From Myxococcota bacterium (GTDB lineage: Bacteria; Myxococcota_A; SURF-8): a stretch of DNA of 64,000 bases. Each line of letters starts with the position of its first letter. Positions within the stretch are counted from its first letter, which is position 1. Shown here piece after piece: positions 9,631 through 19,671 of this stretch. Made by a program: the position numbers and the translations under genes. The stretch lies in contig OZ223209.1 of the NCBI GenBank assembly GCA_965140415.1, positions 320,001-384,000 of the forward strand, written 5' to 3'. A model generated the notes under the pieces. That model did not search any database and was not told the origin of the DNA. It saw only the letters and a list, made by a program, of their open reading frames with translations.

Positions 9631-10506
9631 TTGGAACTCCATGGTGTTCTAACAGCATTAATCACACCGTTTAAAAACGGTGAAATCGATATTCCGGCTT
9701 TAAAAGCGCTGGTGAAACGACAATTGGACGCGGGTGTCCATGGTCTTGTGCCGCTTGGATCGACCGGCGAAGCCGCGACCATTTCGTTTGAGGAACGGGA
9801 AACCGTCATTCGCGTCGTGTTGGAAGAAGTCGCAGGGCGCGTACCCGTCGTGGTTGGTGCGGGAACCAATTCGACCGCCAGCACCATCGACATGGTGAAA
9901 CAGGCCAAGGAACTGGGCGCGGACTACGCCATGAGCGTGACGCCCTATTACAATAAGCCGACACCGGAAGGCATGCTCGCGCACTATCGCGCCATTCTGG
10001 AGGCGGTGGATATTCCGTTGTTAGCATACAACGTTCCGGGCCGTACCGGGATCAACGTCGCACCCGCACTGGCGGCTCAGTTGGCCGAATTGCCTGGTTT
10101 GGTGGGTTTGAAGGAAGCCAGCGGCAACATCATGCAAGTCAGTGAGATCGCTTCGTTAACGGAAGGAAAACTGGCGCTGTTCTCCGGCGAGGATCAACTC
10201 TTTTACTCGATTCTGACACTGGGTGGCGCGGGCGTCATCTGTACCTGCTCCAATATCCAGCCGGAACGGTTCGTGGAGTTGTACAAGCGCTATACGGATG
10301 GCGATCTGGCGGGTGCGCGCAAGATTCAATGGGAATTGCTGCCATTAATCAAGCTGATGTTCACCTTTACCAACCCGGTGGCGGTCAAGGCGGCTTCTAC
10401 CCTGCTTGGGCTGGTGGGTAACGAACTGCGCCTGCCGTTGACGCCGTTGGACGGCGCACAGCTTGATTCTATTCGCACCGGATTGAACAAAATCGGTTTA
10501 CTCTAA
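9631..10506 (+). CDS. dapA: 4-hydroxy-tetrahydrodipicolinate synthase
   Basis: GSTGE, PYYNKP, YNVPGRT, GLKEA; TTG start after AGGAGG. Confidence 0.97.
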   Translation: MELHGVLTALITPFKNGEIDIPALKALVKRQLDAGVHGLVPLGSTGEAATISFEERETVIRVVLEEVAGRVPVVVGAGTNSTASTIDMVKQAKELGADYAMSVTPYYNKPTPEGMLAHYRAILEAVDIPLLAYNVPGRTGINVAPALAAQLAELPGLVGLKEASGNIMQVSEIASLTEGKLALFSGEDQLFYSILTLGGAGVICTCSNIQPERFVELYKRYTDGDLAGARKIQWELLPLIKLMFTFTNPVAVKAASTLLGLVGNELRLPLTPLDGAQLDSIRTGLNKIGLL

Positions 10507-10524
10507 ATTCGAACGGGAGGATCT

Positions 10525-11328
10525 ATGCCCCTTGGCATCGGAATTTACGGAGCCGCAGGCCGAATGGGCCAGACCCTGCTGCGGCTGATTTTTCAGGCCG
10601 ACGATCTGCACCTGGCGGCGGCTTACGAAGCGGACGGCCATCCCCTGCTCGGCAAGGACGCAGGCAGCCTTTGTGGATTGGAAGAATGCGGCGTTTTGCT
10701 GCAAGCGCTCCCCGAGAAAATCGATGTAGATGTGCTGATCGATTTTTCCCTGCCGCAAGGCACCGCTACGTTATTGGATAAACTACAAACACAACCGCTA
10801 CCCTACATCTGCGGCACGACCGGTTTGGATGAAGCCATGCAGGCGCGTTTACACGACCTGGCCAAACTGACAGCAGTGGTGTGGGCGCCGAATTTCTCTA
10901 CCGGCGTGAGTCTGCTGTTCGATCTGGTTTCAAAAGCGGCGAGCATTTTAGGTGTGGAATCGGATATCGAGATTACGGAAATCCATCACCGCCACAAAAA
11001 AGACGCCCCCAGCGGTACGGCGGCCAAGCTGGCTGAACTGGCGGCGCTCGGGCGCGGATCGGACCCGAAGCAGGATCTGCTTTACGGACGCAAAGGCATT
11101 TCCGGCGAGCGCGAACGCGCCACCATCGGCGTGCATGCGCTGCGCGGCGGTGAAGTCGTCGGCGAACATACGGTGCATTTTCTGGCCGACGGTGAACGGC
11201 TGGAACTGACGCATCGTGCGGGATCGCGCGAAGCCTTTGCCGGTGGCGCGCTCAAAGCGGCTCGCTGGGCGGTTACAAAAGAAGCGGGAATGTATGACAT
11301 GATGAACGTATTGGGATTAGGAAAGTAA
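10525..11328 (+). CDS. dapB: 4-hydroxy-tetrahydrodipicolinate reductase
   Basis: GAAGRMG, GTTG, EIHHRHKKDAPSGTA. Confidence 0.97.
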   Translation: MPLGIGIYGAAGRMGQTLLRLIFQADDLHLAAAYEADGHPLLGKDAGSLCGLEECGVLLQALPEKIDVDVLIDFSLPQGTATLLDKLQTQPLPYICGTTGLDEAMQARLHDLAKLTAVVWAPNFSTGVSLLFDLVSKAASILGVESDIEITEIHHRHKKDAPSGTAAKLAELAALGRGSDPKQDLLYGRKGISGERERATIGVHALRGGEVVGEHTVHFLADGERLELTHRAGSREAFAGGALKAARWAVTKEAGMYDMMNVLGLGK

Positions 11329-11333
11329 GAATT

Positions 11334-12512
11334 ATGGCAGCAAAACGTAAATCTATTCTGGCGCAGCGGGTTCAAGAGCTGCCGCCTTATCTGTTCGCAC
11401 GTATCGACAAACTACGCGACGAAGTTCGCGCACAAGGGGTAGACGTCATCGATTTGGGTGTCGGCGACCCGGATCTGCCCACACCGGCACCGATCGTTCA
11501 GGAAATGGCGCGTGCCATCGAGCGCCCGGCCAATCATCGCTATCCGGCCTATCAAGGCTCCTATGCCTTTCGGCAGTCCTGCGCGAAATATCTGAAGCGC
11601 CGCCTTAAACTCAAGCTGGACCCGGACAAGGAAGTGCTGACGCTGATCGGCTCCAAAGAGGGCATCGCCCACTTGCCGCTGGCCTATGTCGATCCGGGTG
11701 ACGTGGTGCTAGTTCCCAACCCCGGCTATCCCGTGTACGCCATTTCAACGCGCTTCTGCGGCGGCGAACCGGTCTTTATGCCGTTATTGCAGGAAAACGA
11801 TTTTCTGCCCGACTTCAAGAAGATTCCGGCCAGGGTCTGGAACAAAGCCAAAATCATGTTCCTGAATTACCCGAACAACCCCACCGGGGCGCGGGCCACG
11901 GAAGAATTCTTTAAAGAGGCGATTCGCTATGCCGCGAAATACAACGTGTTGATCGCACACGATGCCGCCTATTTCGAAATCTACAGCGGACGCAAACGGC
12001 CCCTGTCGATTCTGGAGCTGGAAGGCGGACGTGATGTGGCCATCGAGTTGTACTCGCACAGCAAAAGCTACAACATGACCGGCTGGCGCGTCGGTTTCGC
12101 CGCCGGACAGCCGGAGGCCATCGACGCCCTTGGGCGCATCAAAAACAACGTAGATTCCGGTGTGTTCACCGCCATTCAAGAAGCGGGCATCGCCGCCAAC
12201 GAAATGGCGGTTTCTGCACAGAACGAACTACGCCGCGTGTACAGCGATCGACGCAAAGCCGCCTTGAAAGTGTTAACCAAAGCCGGTTTCGATGTGTTCG
12301 ACGCCGGGGCGACCTTTTACATCTGGATTCGCACGCCGAACAACCAACCGGCGGCAAGCTTTGCCATGCGCGCCCTTTCCGAAGCTGGAGTCGTGGTGAC
12401 GCCGGGAACCGGTTTCGGTGAGTCGGGCGAAGGTTACTTCCGCTTGGCGCTATGCACCAGTCAAGAGCGCGTGGCCGAAGCGGTGCAGCGTCTGGCTGCT
12501 TTGGCGGACTGA
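11334..12512 (+). CDS. dapL: LL-diaminopimelate aminotransferase
   Basis: LPPYLFA, GSKEG, NYPNNPTG, SHSKSYNMTGWR; dap operon context. Confidence 0.9.
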   Translation: MAAKRKSILAQRVQELPPYLFARIDKLRDEVRAQGVDVIDLGVGDPDLPTPAPIVQEMARAIERPANHRYPAYQGSYAFRQSCAKYLKRRLKLKLDPDKEVLTLIGSKEGIAHLPLAYVDPGDVVLVPNPGYPVYAISTRFCGGEPVFMPLLQENDFLPDFKKIPARVWNKAKIMFLNYPNNPTGARATEEFFKEAIRYAAKYNVLIAHDAAYFEIYSGRKRPLSILELEGGRDVAIELYSHSKSYNMTGWRVGFAAGQPEAIDALGRIKNNVDSGVFTAIQEAGIAANEMAVSAQNELRRVYSDRRKAALKVLTKAGFDVFDAGATFYIWIRTPNNQPAASFAMRALSEAGVVVTPGTGFGESGEGYFRLALCTSQERVAEAVQRLAALAD

Positions 12513-12518
12513 CAAGCG

Positions 12519-13010
12519 ATGCCGTTGGCCGCGATTTCCATCGGCTCCAATATCGGCGATTCGCGCCAGCAGGTTCGGGTGGCGTTCGAGGAGTTGAACG
12601 CATTGCCGCAAACTCGGCTCGTCGCCCATTCGAACCTGTACGAAACCGAACCGGTGGACGTCGTGACTCAACCCTGGTTCGTCAACGCTGCCGCAATTAT
12701 TGAAACCGATCTTACGCCTGAACAATTATTGCAGGCGATGCTTGACATTGAGGCCAAAGCAGGCAGAATTCGAACAGTGGATTCCATTAAGGGGCCACGT
12801 CCCCTGGATCTGGATCTGTTGCTGTTCGAGGATCGCGTGATCGATACGGAGCGTTTGTGCCTGCCCCACCCGCGTATGATGCAACGGCGTTTCGTTTTAG
12901 AGCCTCTACATGAAGTTGCCGCCGATTGGGTGCATCCCGTATGCGGGAAATCCATTTCGGCGTTATTCATTGACTGTACGGACCCGGCCACGGTGCGACG
13001 CATCGAATAA
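12519..13010 (+). CDS. folK: 6-hydroxymethyl-7,8-dihydropterin pyrophosphokinase
   Basis: IGSNIGD, GPRPLDLDLL, LPHPR. Confidence 0.96.
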   Translation: MPLAAISIGSNIGDSRQQVRVAFEELNALPQTRLVAHSNLYETEPVDVVTQPWFVNAAAIIETDLTPEQLLQAMLDIEAKAGRIRTVDSIKGPRPLDLDLLLFEDRVIDTERLCLPHPRMMQRRFVLEPLHEVAADWVHPVCGKSISALFIDCTDPATVRRIE

Positions 13011-13098
13011 CCGGTAACGATATCTGTTTTTTAAGATACTGTCAGAAGCTCAAAATCGCTGGGGTAAGAAACCGCAGCACCTACAAGGAGAATCGGAA

Positions 13099-13743
13099 AT
13101 GAAATTCTTTATCGACACCGCTGATGTCAATGAAATCAAGGAAGCCATCAGCTATGGTCTGGTGGACGGCGTTACGACCAACCCGTCCTTGATCGCCAAA
13201 ACCGGGCGCTCCTTCGACGACGTGGCCAAGGAAATCCTGCAACTGGTCAGCGGGCCGGTCAGCCTGGAAGTCACCGCACTGGATACTGAAGGTATGCTGA
13301 GTCAGGCGCGTGAACTGGCCAAACTGGGCGACAACGTCGTGATCAAGATCCCGATGACCATGGAAGGTATCGCAGCGGTACGCACCCTGGCGCAGGAAGG
13401 CATCAAGACCAACGTGACCCTGGTTTTCTCGCCGATGCAGGCTCTTTTGGCCGCCAAAGCGGGCGCGACCTACGTTTCCCCGTTTGTGGGTCGGCTGGAC
13501 GATATTTCCGAAGTGGGCATGGATTTGATCGAACAGATCGTACAAATCTACGAAAACTACGGTTTCACCACCGAAGTGCTGGTGGCTTCGATCCGCAACC
13601 CCGTACACGTGGTGGAAAGCGCATTGATGGGCGCAGACGTGGCGACGATCCCTCTGGGTGTCATCAAGCAACTGGCCAAGCATCCGTTGACGGATATCGG
13701 TCTGGACAAGTTCATGAAGGACTGGGAGAAAGTCCCGAAATAG
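13099..13743 (+). CDS. fsa: Transaldolase / fructose-6-phosphate aldolase (short type)
   Basis: [25 protein letters not shown]. Confidence 0.93.
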   Translation: MKFFIDTADVNEIKEAISYGLVDGVTTNPSLIAKTGRSFDDVAKEILQLVSGPVSLEVTALDTEGMLSQARELAKLGDNVVIKIPMTMEGIAAVRTLAQEGIKTNVTLVFSPMQALLAAKAGATYVSPFVGRLDDISEVGMDLIEQIVQIYENYGFTTEVLVASIRNPVHVVESALMGADVATIPLGVIKQLAKHPLTDIGLDKFMKDWEKVPK

Positions 13744-13823
13744 TTTCGTTCATCACGAAGAAGAATCATCATCCAAGCAGACGCAATCCGTTGCTGTAAG
13801 AAACGGGCGCAGGAGAGAGTGGT

Positions 13824-14489
13824 ATGAAAATCGAGAATGGCTGTTACGTTCGCTTTAATTATCTGTTCCGCAATTCGGAAGGCGAAATCGTTTACGAAAG
13901 CAATGTGGACGAGCCGACCTGGTACATTCACGGGCAGAATCTGATTCTGGGAGCCTTCGAAGAAGCCATGGCAGGGCACGAGCAGGGCGAACGCCTGACG
14001 ATCGATCTGAAACCGGAAGATGCGTTCGGAGAGCGGCGCGACGAATTGATCAGCGAAGTAACTTTCGATATGTTACCGGAGGGTTTCGAACCGAAGCTGG
14101 GCGAAATTCTGGAAGCCACCAACGATGACGGCATGGTGCTTCCGATGCAGATTACCGAAGTCAAAGAGAACAGCGTCATCTTGGACGGCAACCATCCGCT
14201 GGCCGGAATGACGCTCGTTTGTGACTTGATGGTCGAGGAAGTGCGCGAAGCCACGAGTGAGGAAACCGCGGAAATGGATCGCCTGATGGCCTCGCCCGGT
14301 TCGCAGGAAGAGGAAAGCGATGAAGCCTCGCCGTTGATCATGGAATTCGGCGGAGACGACGAAGAGGGTACGGAAGTAGACACTCCGACGTGCAGCACCT
14401 GTTCCGGCTGTGCGCCTGTGGTGATCAAAGGAGATAAAGACAAAGGTGGTTCGGGCGGTTGCGGCCCGGACGGATGTTGTGGCTGTTAG
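13824..14489 (+). CDS. slyD: FKBP-type peptidyl-prolyl isomerase with acidic and Cys-rich tail
   Basis: PEDAFGER, LDGNHPLAG; tail CSTCSGC...GCGPDGCCGC. Confidence 0.88.
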   Translation: MKIENGCYVRFNYLFRNSEGEIVYESNVDEPTWYIHGQNLILGAFEEAMAGHEQGERLTIDLKPEDAFGERRDELISEVTFDMLPEGFEPKLGEILEATNDDGMVLPMQITEVKENSVILDGNHPLAGMTLVCDLMVEEVREATSEETAEMDRLMASPGSQEEESDEASPLIMEFGGDDEEGTEVDTPTCSTCSGCAPVVIKGDKDKGGSGGCGPDGCCGC

Positions 14490-14549
14490 TAGTCGCTCGG
14501 ATGTACGTATAGCATAGTCGGGGAACCGGCACAGGAAGGTGGGTGTAGA

Positions 14550-15257
14550 ATGAAAGCGTGTAGACATTTCATGGTGGTTTTAATGGGATGCCTGGTGCTG
14601 AATCTGTCTGGCGTCGCGTGGGCACAGCAAACGGATGCCGCTGCCCCACCTGCTGAAGAATCTGGTGCCGATGCGGTGGAACAACCGACCGAACAAGCGG
14701 TTGAAAAGACTACCGATACCGCCGAAGCAAAAGAAGCCGAGGCCACTAAGGAAGGTTGCGCAGAAGCACAAGACTGCAAAGAAGATATGACGATGGATCT
14801 CGGCGTTCCCGGCGAACCGCCGTTGCCGGGTGCCGTTGCCGTACAGGCAGAGCAGCCGGAACCGGAAGTCACGACGTTGCGCACGCATGGTGGACGCCTG
14901 ATCGGCTCCGGCGTGTTTTTCGCGATTGCCGGTGGCGTGTTGACCGGTGTGGGTGCTGACCAGAATGCCGATGAAGCCTTGTATGCCGGAATCAGCGGGC
15001 TGGGAATAGCAGCCATTCTAGCGGCGGTCGGTATTCCGTTGTTCGTGATGAATCCGGAAGAAGACGTGCAAAAAGAAGAAATGGTTACCTTGCAGTCGAA
15101 ACCGAAAAACGGCAACGTGCAGGTTCTGGAAATGGACGATTTCGAGGCGCAATTGCGCTACGTTGCAAGCCAGCAGACGGCACCCAAGCCGGTTTTGAGC
15201 ATCGCTCCCGCTATTTCGCCGGAATCCGCCGGACTTTTCATGCAGCTCGGATTTTAA
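14550..15257 (+). CDS. Exported/membrane hypothetical protein
   Basis: Signal peptide AWA-QQ, acidic linker, two hydrophobic helices, C-terminal strand ending in Phe. Confidence 0.7.
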   Translation: MKACRHFMVVLMGCLVLNLSGVAWAQQTDAAAPPAEESGADAVEQPTEQAVEKTTDTAEAKEAEATKEGCAEAQDCKEDMTMDLGVPGEPPLPGAVAVQAEQPEPEVTTLRTHGGRLIGSGVFFAIAGGVLTGVGADQNADEALYAGISGLGIAAILAAVGIPLFVMNPEEDVQKEEMVTLQSKPKNGNVQVLEMDDFEAQLRYVASQQTAPKPVLSIAPAISPESAGLFMQLGF

Positions 15258-15267
15258 GCTGATTTAC

Positions 15268-15302
15268 AATGCCCTTCGGCTTTACTGTCGAAGGGCATTT
15301 TT
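15268..15302 (+). terminator. Rho-independent terminator
   Basis: AATGCCCTTCGGC / GTCGAAGGGCATT stem followed by a T run, 10 nt after the stop. Confidence 0.8.
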
Positions 15303-15512
15303 GTGTGTAGACTAGGTATCAGTCATATTTAGCCACTGATTCCATGAATTTGTGCCATAGTCTTACGCGATCGAAGATCGTGGAAGGCTGTGTGTCTTCA
15401 ATAGGTTACACACGGCCTCCCGGAATTTTCATTCCGTGAGACCATGGCACATCCCGATTACTCGATGGACAGGAATGAGTAGTATCTATTCGAAATACAA
15501 GGGAGACGAATC

Positions 15513-16670
15513 ATGAGCAAGCGCTTGCATCTGGATTGCACGGGCGGCATTGCCGGAGATATGTTTATTTCCGCTCTCACCGGCTTGCCCATGGATATCG
15601 AAGCCTGGTGGGAGATCATGGATCGTCTGCCGCTGCCGGAATGGGAAGCGTCGTTTCCGGAGCGGTCGGAATGCGGCTTGATGTGCCGTACTTTGAAATT
15701 GACGTTGCCCGGCGGCCCCGGCGACCCGCGCGACGTGCGCTCGATCCGGCAGACCATCTTACAAGCCAAGCTGCCTTCCGAAGTGGAAGAGAATTCGTTG
15801 GCGCTATTGCAACTGCTGGCCGAAGCCGAAGGCAAGGTGCATGGCGAAGAACCGGATCTGGTTCATTTTCACGAACTGGCCGGATTCGATTCCATCTTCG
15901 ATCTGGTCGGTGCGGCGGCGGCGGTGCATCTGCTGCAGCCGGTGACGATCAGTTGCTCGTCGTTGCCATTGGGACACGGTACGGTGCAGACCGCGCACGG
16001 CGAATTGCCACTGCCGGTTCCGGTGGCGCTGGAACTGCTCGATGGCCTGCCGGTGCATCCGGTTGATATTGCAGGTGAAACCATTACCCCCACCGGGGCG
16101 GCCATTGCGCGTCATTTTGCAGGTTCCTTTTCCACTTTTGCCCAAGGTGCGATTCTGGCTCACGCCCAAAGCGCCGGGACAAGAAAGAATGCGCGTATTC
16201 CCAACATGCTGCGCGCCATCTTATTGGAGGAAGACGCCGGGGATTCGGAAACGCTGTGGGTATTGGAATGCAACCTGGACAATATGAATCCCGAACATAC
16301 GGATTTTCTTTTCGCCCGCCTGTTCGAAGCCGGGGCGCTGGATGTCTGGCTCAGTTCGATTCAGATGAAGAAAAACCGCCCGGCCCAGACCGTTTCCGTT
16401 TTAGTGCGCCCGAATCTGGCCGACGAGATGCAGCGGCTGCTCTACCTGCACACACCGACAATCGGTGTTCGGCGCTTTGCGGTGCAGCGTCATGCTCTTA
16501 AACGCAGCGAGGAGTTCCGTGAAACTCCATTGGGGACCGTGCGCGGAAAGCGCATCGACGCACCAGACGGTTCACGCTGGATGCCGGAATACGATGAACT
16601 GGCTCGTATCGCCTCAGAGCGCGGCTGGTCGATTCGTCAGGTGTTGGAAGCGCTTTCAGCCACGAGCTAA
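15513..16670 (+). CDS. larC: Nickel pincer cofactor Ni-insertase family (DUF111)
   Basis: LDCTGGIAGDM, VHFHE, TAHGELPLP, TPTGAA, ECNLD, QMKKNRP, PEYD. Confidence 0.9.
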   Translation: MSKRLHLDCTGGIAGDMFISALTGLPMDIEAWWEIMDRLPLPEWEASFPERSECGLMCRTLKLTLPGGPGDPRDVRSIRQTILQAKLPSEVEENSLALLQLLAEAEGKVHGEEPDLVHFHELAGFDSIFDLVGAAAAVHLLQPVTISCSSLPLGHGTVQTAHGELPLPVPVALELLDGLPVHPVDIAGETITPTGAAIARHFAGSFSTFAQGAILAHAQSAGTRKNARIPNMLRAILLEEDAGDSETLWVLECNLDNMNPEHTDFLFARLFEAGALDVWLSSIQMKKNRPAQTVSVLVRPNLADEMQRLLYLHTPTIGVRRFAVQRHALKRSEEFRETPLGTVRGKRIDAPDGSRWMPEYDELARIASERGWSIRQVLEALSATS

Positions 16671-17693
16671 AGGCGGGTTTTCGAATGATGCATAGCGGGA
16701 AGCGGCGGACTCGAAACGGTCGTCCAGTCCCGCTGCCGCCTGCAAGGCACGTCGTAGGAAATACCCACGCGCGGCTTCATCCTTTCTCATATGAAAAAAC
16801 AACGCCGTCTGAACTCCGAAAATGAATCCGTAATAGTTCAGTTTGCTTTTGTATTTGGGCGGGAAAGAGCGCTGCGCCTCGTAGCCGTCGTGAATGAGTT
16901 GATAGAAATCCGCTTCGTGTACGTGGGTGTATAGCGAGCAGATATCGACCAGTGGAGATCCGGCGGCGGCCTGGGTGAAGTTGACGAACCCGGTGATTTT
17001 TTTCTGCTCTCGATCTACCCATAGATTGGCGAACTGCAAGTTATTGTGCGTCAGTCCCAACGATTCCCCGATCATCACCGATTTAGATTTCTCACCGAAT
17101 TCCAGTAGTTGCTGGACCAACCCTTCATCGAGCATCTGGCTGGCCTGCACGTGTTTCATGACCGTATCCGCCATCAAACCAAAATACTTCTGCCAGGGGC
17201 CTGGATGCACCCCGTTGCCTTCGACTGAAATCAGCCCGGCACCTTTGACCTGAATGGAATGGATACGCGCCAGAAAGCGGCCAATCTGTTCTCCGATTTT
17301 CTCTTTTTCATCATTCGAAAACGAATCACCTGCGGCATAGCTGCGTGCAATCGGTTCGCCGTCGATTTTCTGTACAACCAAAGCGGGGCGCTCCACAAAC
17401 TCGCTGTTGGACTCTACCCCAATCGGCCTGGTCAGCGGAACGTGCAGGTTCAAATCCAACGTGGAACGATTGAAGCGATCCAGTTGATCGAGAATGTTGT
17501 ATTCCCGGTGAAGGATGGTAAAGTCACGGTTTTTCGGTTCCGCTTTCAGAATTTTGACCCAATAATCACCAACCTCGTAGGTATCGCAGGCCGGATCGAT
17601 CGGAACGCCATGAACCTGTTCCGGATCGGTTTCAAAATCCGATTTGAATTTCTGTATGAGTGAGATCAGATTTTCGGCGTTCGCTTGACTCAT
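16656..17693 (-). CDS. Aminoglycoside phosphotransferase/choline kinase-like fold protein, probably inactive
   Basis: VKI, REYNIL, FLARIH, LTHNNLQFAN, FVNF, GSPLVDI; GGAGG before ATG 17693. Confidence 0.75.
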   Translation of the reverse strand: MSQANAENLISLIQKFKSDFETDPEQVHGVPIDPACDTYEVGDYWVKILKAEPKNRDFTILHREYNILDQLDRFNRSTLDLNLHVPLTRPIGVESNSEFVERPALVVQKIDGEPIARSYAAGDSFSNDEKEKIGEQIGRFLARIHSIQVKGAGLISVEGNGVHPGPWQKYFGLMADTVMKHVQASQMLDEGLVQQLLEFGEKSKSVMIGESLGLTHNNLQFANLWVDREQKKITGFVNFTQAAAGSPLVDICSLYTHVHEADFYQLIHDGYEAQRSFPPKYKSKLNYYGFIFGVQTALFFHMRKDEAARGYFLRRALQAAAGLDDRFESAASRYASFENPPLARG

Positions 17694-17971
17694 GGGTTCC
17701 TCCATCGGCGTATTGATCGATGCTGAAACTGTAACAGAGAATGGGCGTTGACGCACCTTCTTTTCGCAGTTGAACATCTGCGTTACACCAAACCCACAGC
17801 GGCAATTGACACGCATTCCCGGTCATGTTACCTTTATGTGTAAGGCGTATCATCACGGTTTTGTATTGCACCGAATCGCCAGGAATTCCGAGCCGTTTCC
17901 GCTCTGCAAGTGGAGCGGTCCTTTGTTTTGCCTTTCGAACCATTCGGCAGGCACGCCACGATGAGGATAGC

Positions 17972-18184
17972 ATGAGTGACGAGCAAAAAGACGACCTGCA
18001 AAAAGAGAAGAAACTGCCGGCGTTCGAAAACAACCGGGATTTACTGCTGTTTCTGTACGTTCTGATCAAGCAGAACCGCAAGTGGTGGCTGTTGCCCTTC
18101 TTGTTCGTGCTGGGAATTTTAAGTCTCTTCGTCAGCTTGACCGGCAATACCTCGCTGTTGCCCGCCATTTACGCCCTGTTCTAG
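17972..18184 (+). CDS. DUF5989 (SxtK-like) small membrane protein
   Basis: RKWWLLP-hydrophobic-PAIYALF C-terminus typical of the family; GAGGA before ATG 17972; 70 aa. Confidence 0.85.
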   Translation: MSDEQKDDLQKEKKLPAFENNRDLLLFLYVLIKQNRKWWLLPFLFVLGILSLFVSLTGNTSLLPAIYALF

Positions 18185-18198
18185 GTCGGGATTCAGAA

Positions 18199-19671
18199 AT
18201 GGGTCAAGCTCCGACGCCAAGGCGTTTTCTCTTTATCCGCACCTTCAAGTTTCTCAAAGCCGGAGGACCGATTCCCCCGTTGGGGTTGTTGTACCTGGCT
18301 GCCTGTCTACGCAAACGCTTTGGTGACGACTTCCAGTTGCGCTTGGTCGATACCGGTTTGCTCGGGTTGGACGGCGTTAAACAGGCCATCACGGAATTCA
18401 ACCCGGATTACATCGGTATCAGCAGCATGAGTTGTGAAGAGGATTATCTCTTCGAGCTTTCCCGCTTTTGCAAGCAACAACACCCTGATTCTACAGTGAT
18501 TGTCGGTGGACCACATGCCACCGTAAGAAAGGAAGCGCTGCTTTCGGAACGCTCGCTGGATTATCTCGTTTTCGGCGAAGGCGAGGAAACGCTGGTGGAA
18601 TTATTGGAAGCGCTGGAAAACAAGAGCGATCCTTTGCAAGTGGCCGGAATCGCGGCGCGAACGGAACAGGGAGTGCAGACCAGTGAACAGCGTGCTCCGA
18701 TTGAAGATCTGGATGCCTTGCCCTTTCCGGCCTGGGATCTGATCGATGCCAGGGAATACGCCCGTTTTCCCAACTGGAACGGCTCGCTGAAAAAAGAATT
18801 CTACGCCGTGCTGGCCTCCTCGCGCGGTTGTCCCTACGGCTGTTTCTTTTGTCACAATCTGTTCGGTAAAACCGTGCGCGCCCGCTCGCCGGAAAGCGTC
18901 TTTGCCGAGTTGAAGTGGCTGCACGAAGAATACGGCGTGGAAGAAGTCCACATCCTGGACGATATCTTCAATTTCAACGCCGCACGTGCAACTCGTGTAA
19001 TGGAACTGGTGCTGGAATCGAAGATCGATTTCGCCTTTGCGTTTCCAAACGGTTTACGCGCCGACATCATGACCGAAGAACTGATCCGCATTCTCGCCAA
19101 AGCCGGAACCTATAAAATCAACTATGGTTTCGAAACGGCTTCTCCCCGCCTGCAAAAGCTGATCGGGAAAAACCTGAACGTGGAGAAAGCGGCGCGAACC
19201 TTCGAGTTGACCAGCCGGGCGGGTATTATTACCGGGGCTTATTTCATGCTGGGTTTTCCCACGCAGACGAGAGCGGAAATAGAGCATACCATCGACTTCG
19301 CCGCTCATTCCGCCCTGGATGTCGCTTACTTTTTCAAGGCGACGCCGTACCCTGGCAGTGGATTCTTTAACGAGGTCTTCGAGCAATCGTCCGATGAAGC
19401 TTCCGGGTTGAAGCAGATCGAGAATTACGGCGACTACCACTTCTATTCCGTCTCGCGTTCTTATGGCGAAGTGGATACAAACGAGTTGAACCTGTTGATG
19501 TTGCAGGCGCAACACCGGTTTTATTTCCGTTTCAGCCGCATCTGGCGCGTGTTCTGGAAAAGCAGCAAGAAAATGGAATTTCTGCATAACCTGTTGGAAG
19601 TCTTCGCGCTGTTGATTCAATCGTTTTTACTGAAACATCTGCTGGCAAGCGGCAAGGAGAAGACGCCGTGA
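18199..19671 (+). CDS. Cobalamin-binding radical SAM enzyme (class B methyltransferase-like)
   Basis: PPLGLLYLA, VGGPHAT, GEGE, SRGCPYGCFFC, TPYPGS. Confidence 0.92.
   Translation: MGQAPTPRRFLFIRTFKFLKAGGPIPPLGLLYLAACLRKRFGDDFQLRLVDTGLLGLDGVKQAITEFNPDYIGISSMSCEEDYLFELSRFCKQQHPDSTVIVGGPHATVRKEALLSERSLDYLVFGEGEETLVELLEALENKSDPLQVAGIAARTEQGVQTSEQRAPIEDLDALPFPAWDLIDAREYARFPNWNGSLKKEFYAVLASSRGCPYGCFFCHNLFGKTVRARSPESVFAELKWLHEEYGVEEVHILDDIFNFNAARATRVMELVLESKIDFAFAFPNGLRADIMTEELIRILAKAGTYKINYGFETASPRLQKLIGKNLNVEKAARTFELTSRAGIITGAYFMLGFPTQTRAEIEHTIDFAAHSALDVAYFFKATPYPGSGFFNEVFEQSSDEASGLKQIENYGDYHFYSVSRSYGEVDTNELNLLMLQAQHRFYFRFSRIWRVFWKSSKKMEFLHNLLEVFALLIQSFLLKHLLASGKEKTP

Noticed and set aside
17825-18198. 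Long overlapping starts for the DUF5989 and rSAM ORFs
   Set aside because: Downstream ATGs at 17972 and 18199 give family-typical lengths with no overlap
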